A DNA stretch of 64,000 nucleotides from Sulfolobales archaeon (lineage in GTDB: Archaea; Thermoproteota; Thermoprotei_A; Sulfolobales; AG1): contig JAWBYA010000004.1 in NCBI GenBank assembly GCA_038867615.1, forward strand, positions 163,323 to 227,322. Direction: 5' to 3'. Both the position numbers and the translations under genes were made by a program. This document shows positions 62,221 to 64,000 of the stretch, piece after piece (the stretch's first letter is position 1; each line of letters opens with the position of its first letter). A model generated the notes under the pieces. It worked only from the letters and a program-made list of their open reading frames with translations, made no database searches and was not told the origin of the DNA.

Positions 62221-62700
62221 CTATCTATGTCTCTTCACAAGCCTATAGCCAGATATAATCATAACAATAGCTATTATAGCTAGAAGCGTAGACACCATCA
62301 TCGCCAACGGTACCGCTGAGATCCAGTTCTTAGCCTTCTCACTAGCCGCCTGGATCTCCTCCATATAGCTAACCCCCTTAGGGATCTCTGATATATATAG
62401 AGTTACGTTCTGGTTAATACCAGTGGCTTTCAAAAAACTTGCTAGAGGGCCTATGATGCTCGATATATTCTTCATAACTGATAGAGCCTTCTGATAGGGC
62501 TCACTATGACTCAAACTATATATCCGATCTATCTCATCCGCCCATTGGATAGAGCCGGTATAGACCATATATAACCCGTAGGAGGCTGATAAAGAAAATA
62601 TAAGCAAACATAAGCCAAAACCAGCTAGGAAACCACCTAACGTCGAGCCCATTACCAAAGCACCGAGACCTATGGCGCCAAAATTCTTATATATAAACAA
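62221..62700 (-). CDS. Hypothetical membrane protein (TM helices at both ends)
   Basis: Hydrophobic N- and C-terminal segments around a helical middle. Start uncertain. Confidence 0.65.
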   Translation of the reverse strand: MFIYKNFGAIGLGALVMGSTLGGFLAGFGLCLLIFSLSASYGLYMVYTGSIQWADEIDRIYSLSHSEPYQKALSVMKNISSIIGPLASFLKATGINQNVTLYISEIPKGVSYMEEIQAASEKAKNWISAVPLAMMVSTLLAIIAIVMIISGYRLVKRHR

Positions 62701-62759
62701 CCATCCGGTAATAACAACCCATAAGCAAGAACAAAACCAGCTAATCTAAAACAAACGCT

Positions 62760-62832
62760 ATGAGCGCTGGCAGCTCGCAATAGCACCCGGGCCAGCTCCC
62801 CACGCGGTATAACCGCGTGAGCATCCCCTGGG
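62760..62832 (-). other. Pre-rRNA 3' trailer / processing-stem region
   Basis: GC-rich sequence just past the 23S end with a CACGCGG-TTATA-CCGCGTG hairpin; no linked 5S, as usual in Crenarchaeota. Confidence 0.55.

Positions 62833-64000
<1,168 letters not shown>

Overview
A 64-kb stretch of a thermophilic crenarchaeal (Thermoproteota, Desulfurococcales/Sulfolobales-like) chromosome. It is mostly housekeeping and metabolic genes: split glutamate synthase, eno, hsp20, EF-1alpha/rpsJ, thrC, glmS, sucD, a ba3-type oxidase operon, speB, brix/pcc1, SOD, Hel308, hom, a Cys-type formate dehydrogenase alpha/beta pair, aglH, pncB and a GT2-TrkA-MscS operon. It also holds three tRNAs (Ser-UGA, Val-CAC, Pro-UGG) and the 3' part of the 23S rRNA. 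The most interesting content is missing from the ORF track. (1) At least seven dispersed, diverged intergenic copies of a tnpB 3'-end/omega-RNA-like element. One follows a frameshifted IS607-type tnpA remnant, one appears to supply the brix-pcc1 promoter, and one sits where sucC would be expected. (2) Three, possibly four, box C/D guide RNAs. Two have targets inside this window (tRNA-Val C34 and the 23S position equivalent to E. coli 2030), and one atypical sRNA points at 16S C1402. (3) Two unannotated small proteins: oxidase subunit IIa and a 54-aa zinc ribbon. (4) A perfect 19-bp palindrome at the oxidase promoter. No CRISPR array was seen. All calls come from reading motifs by eye; no searches were run.
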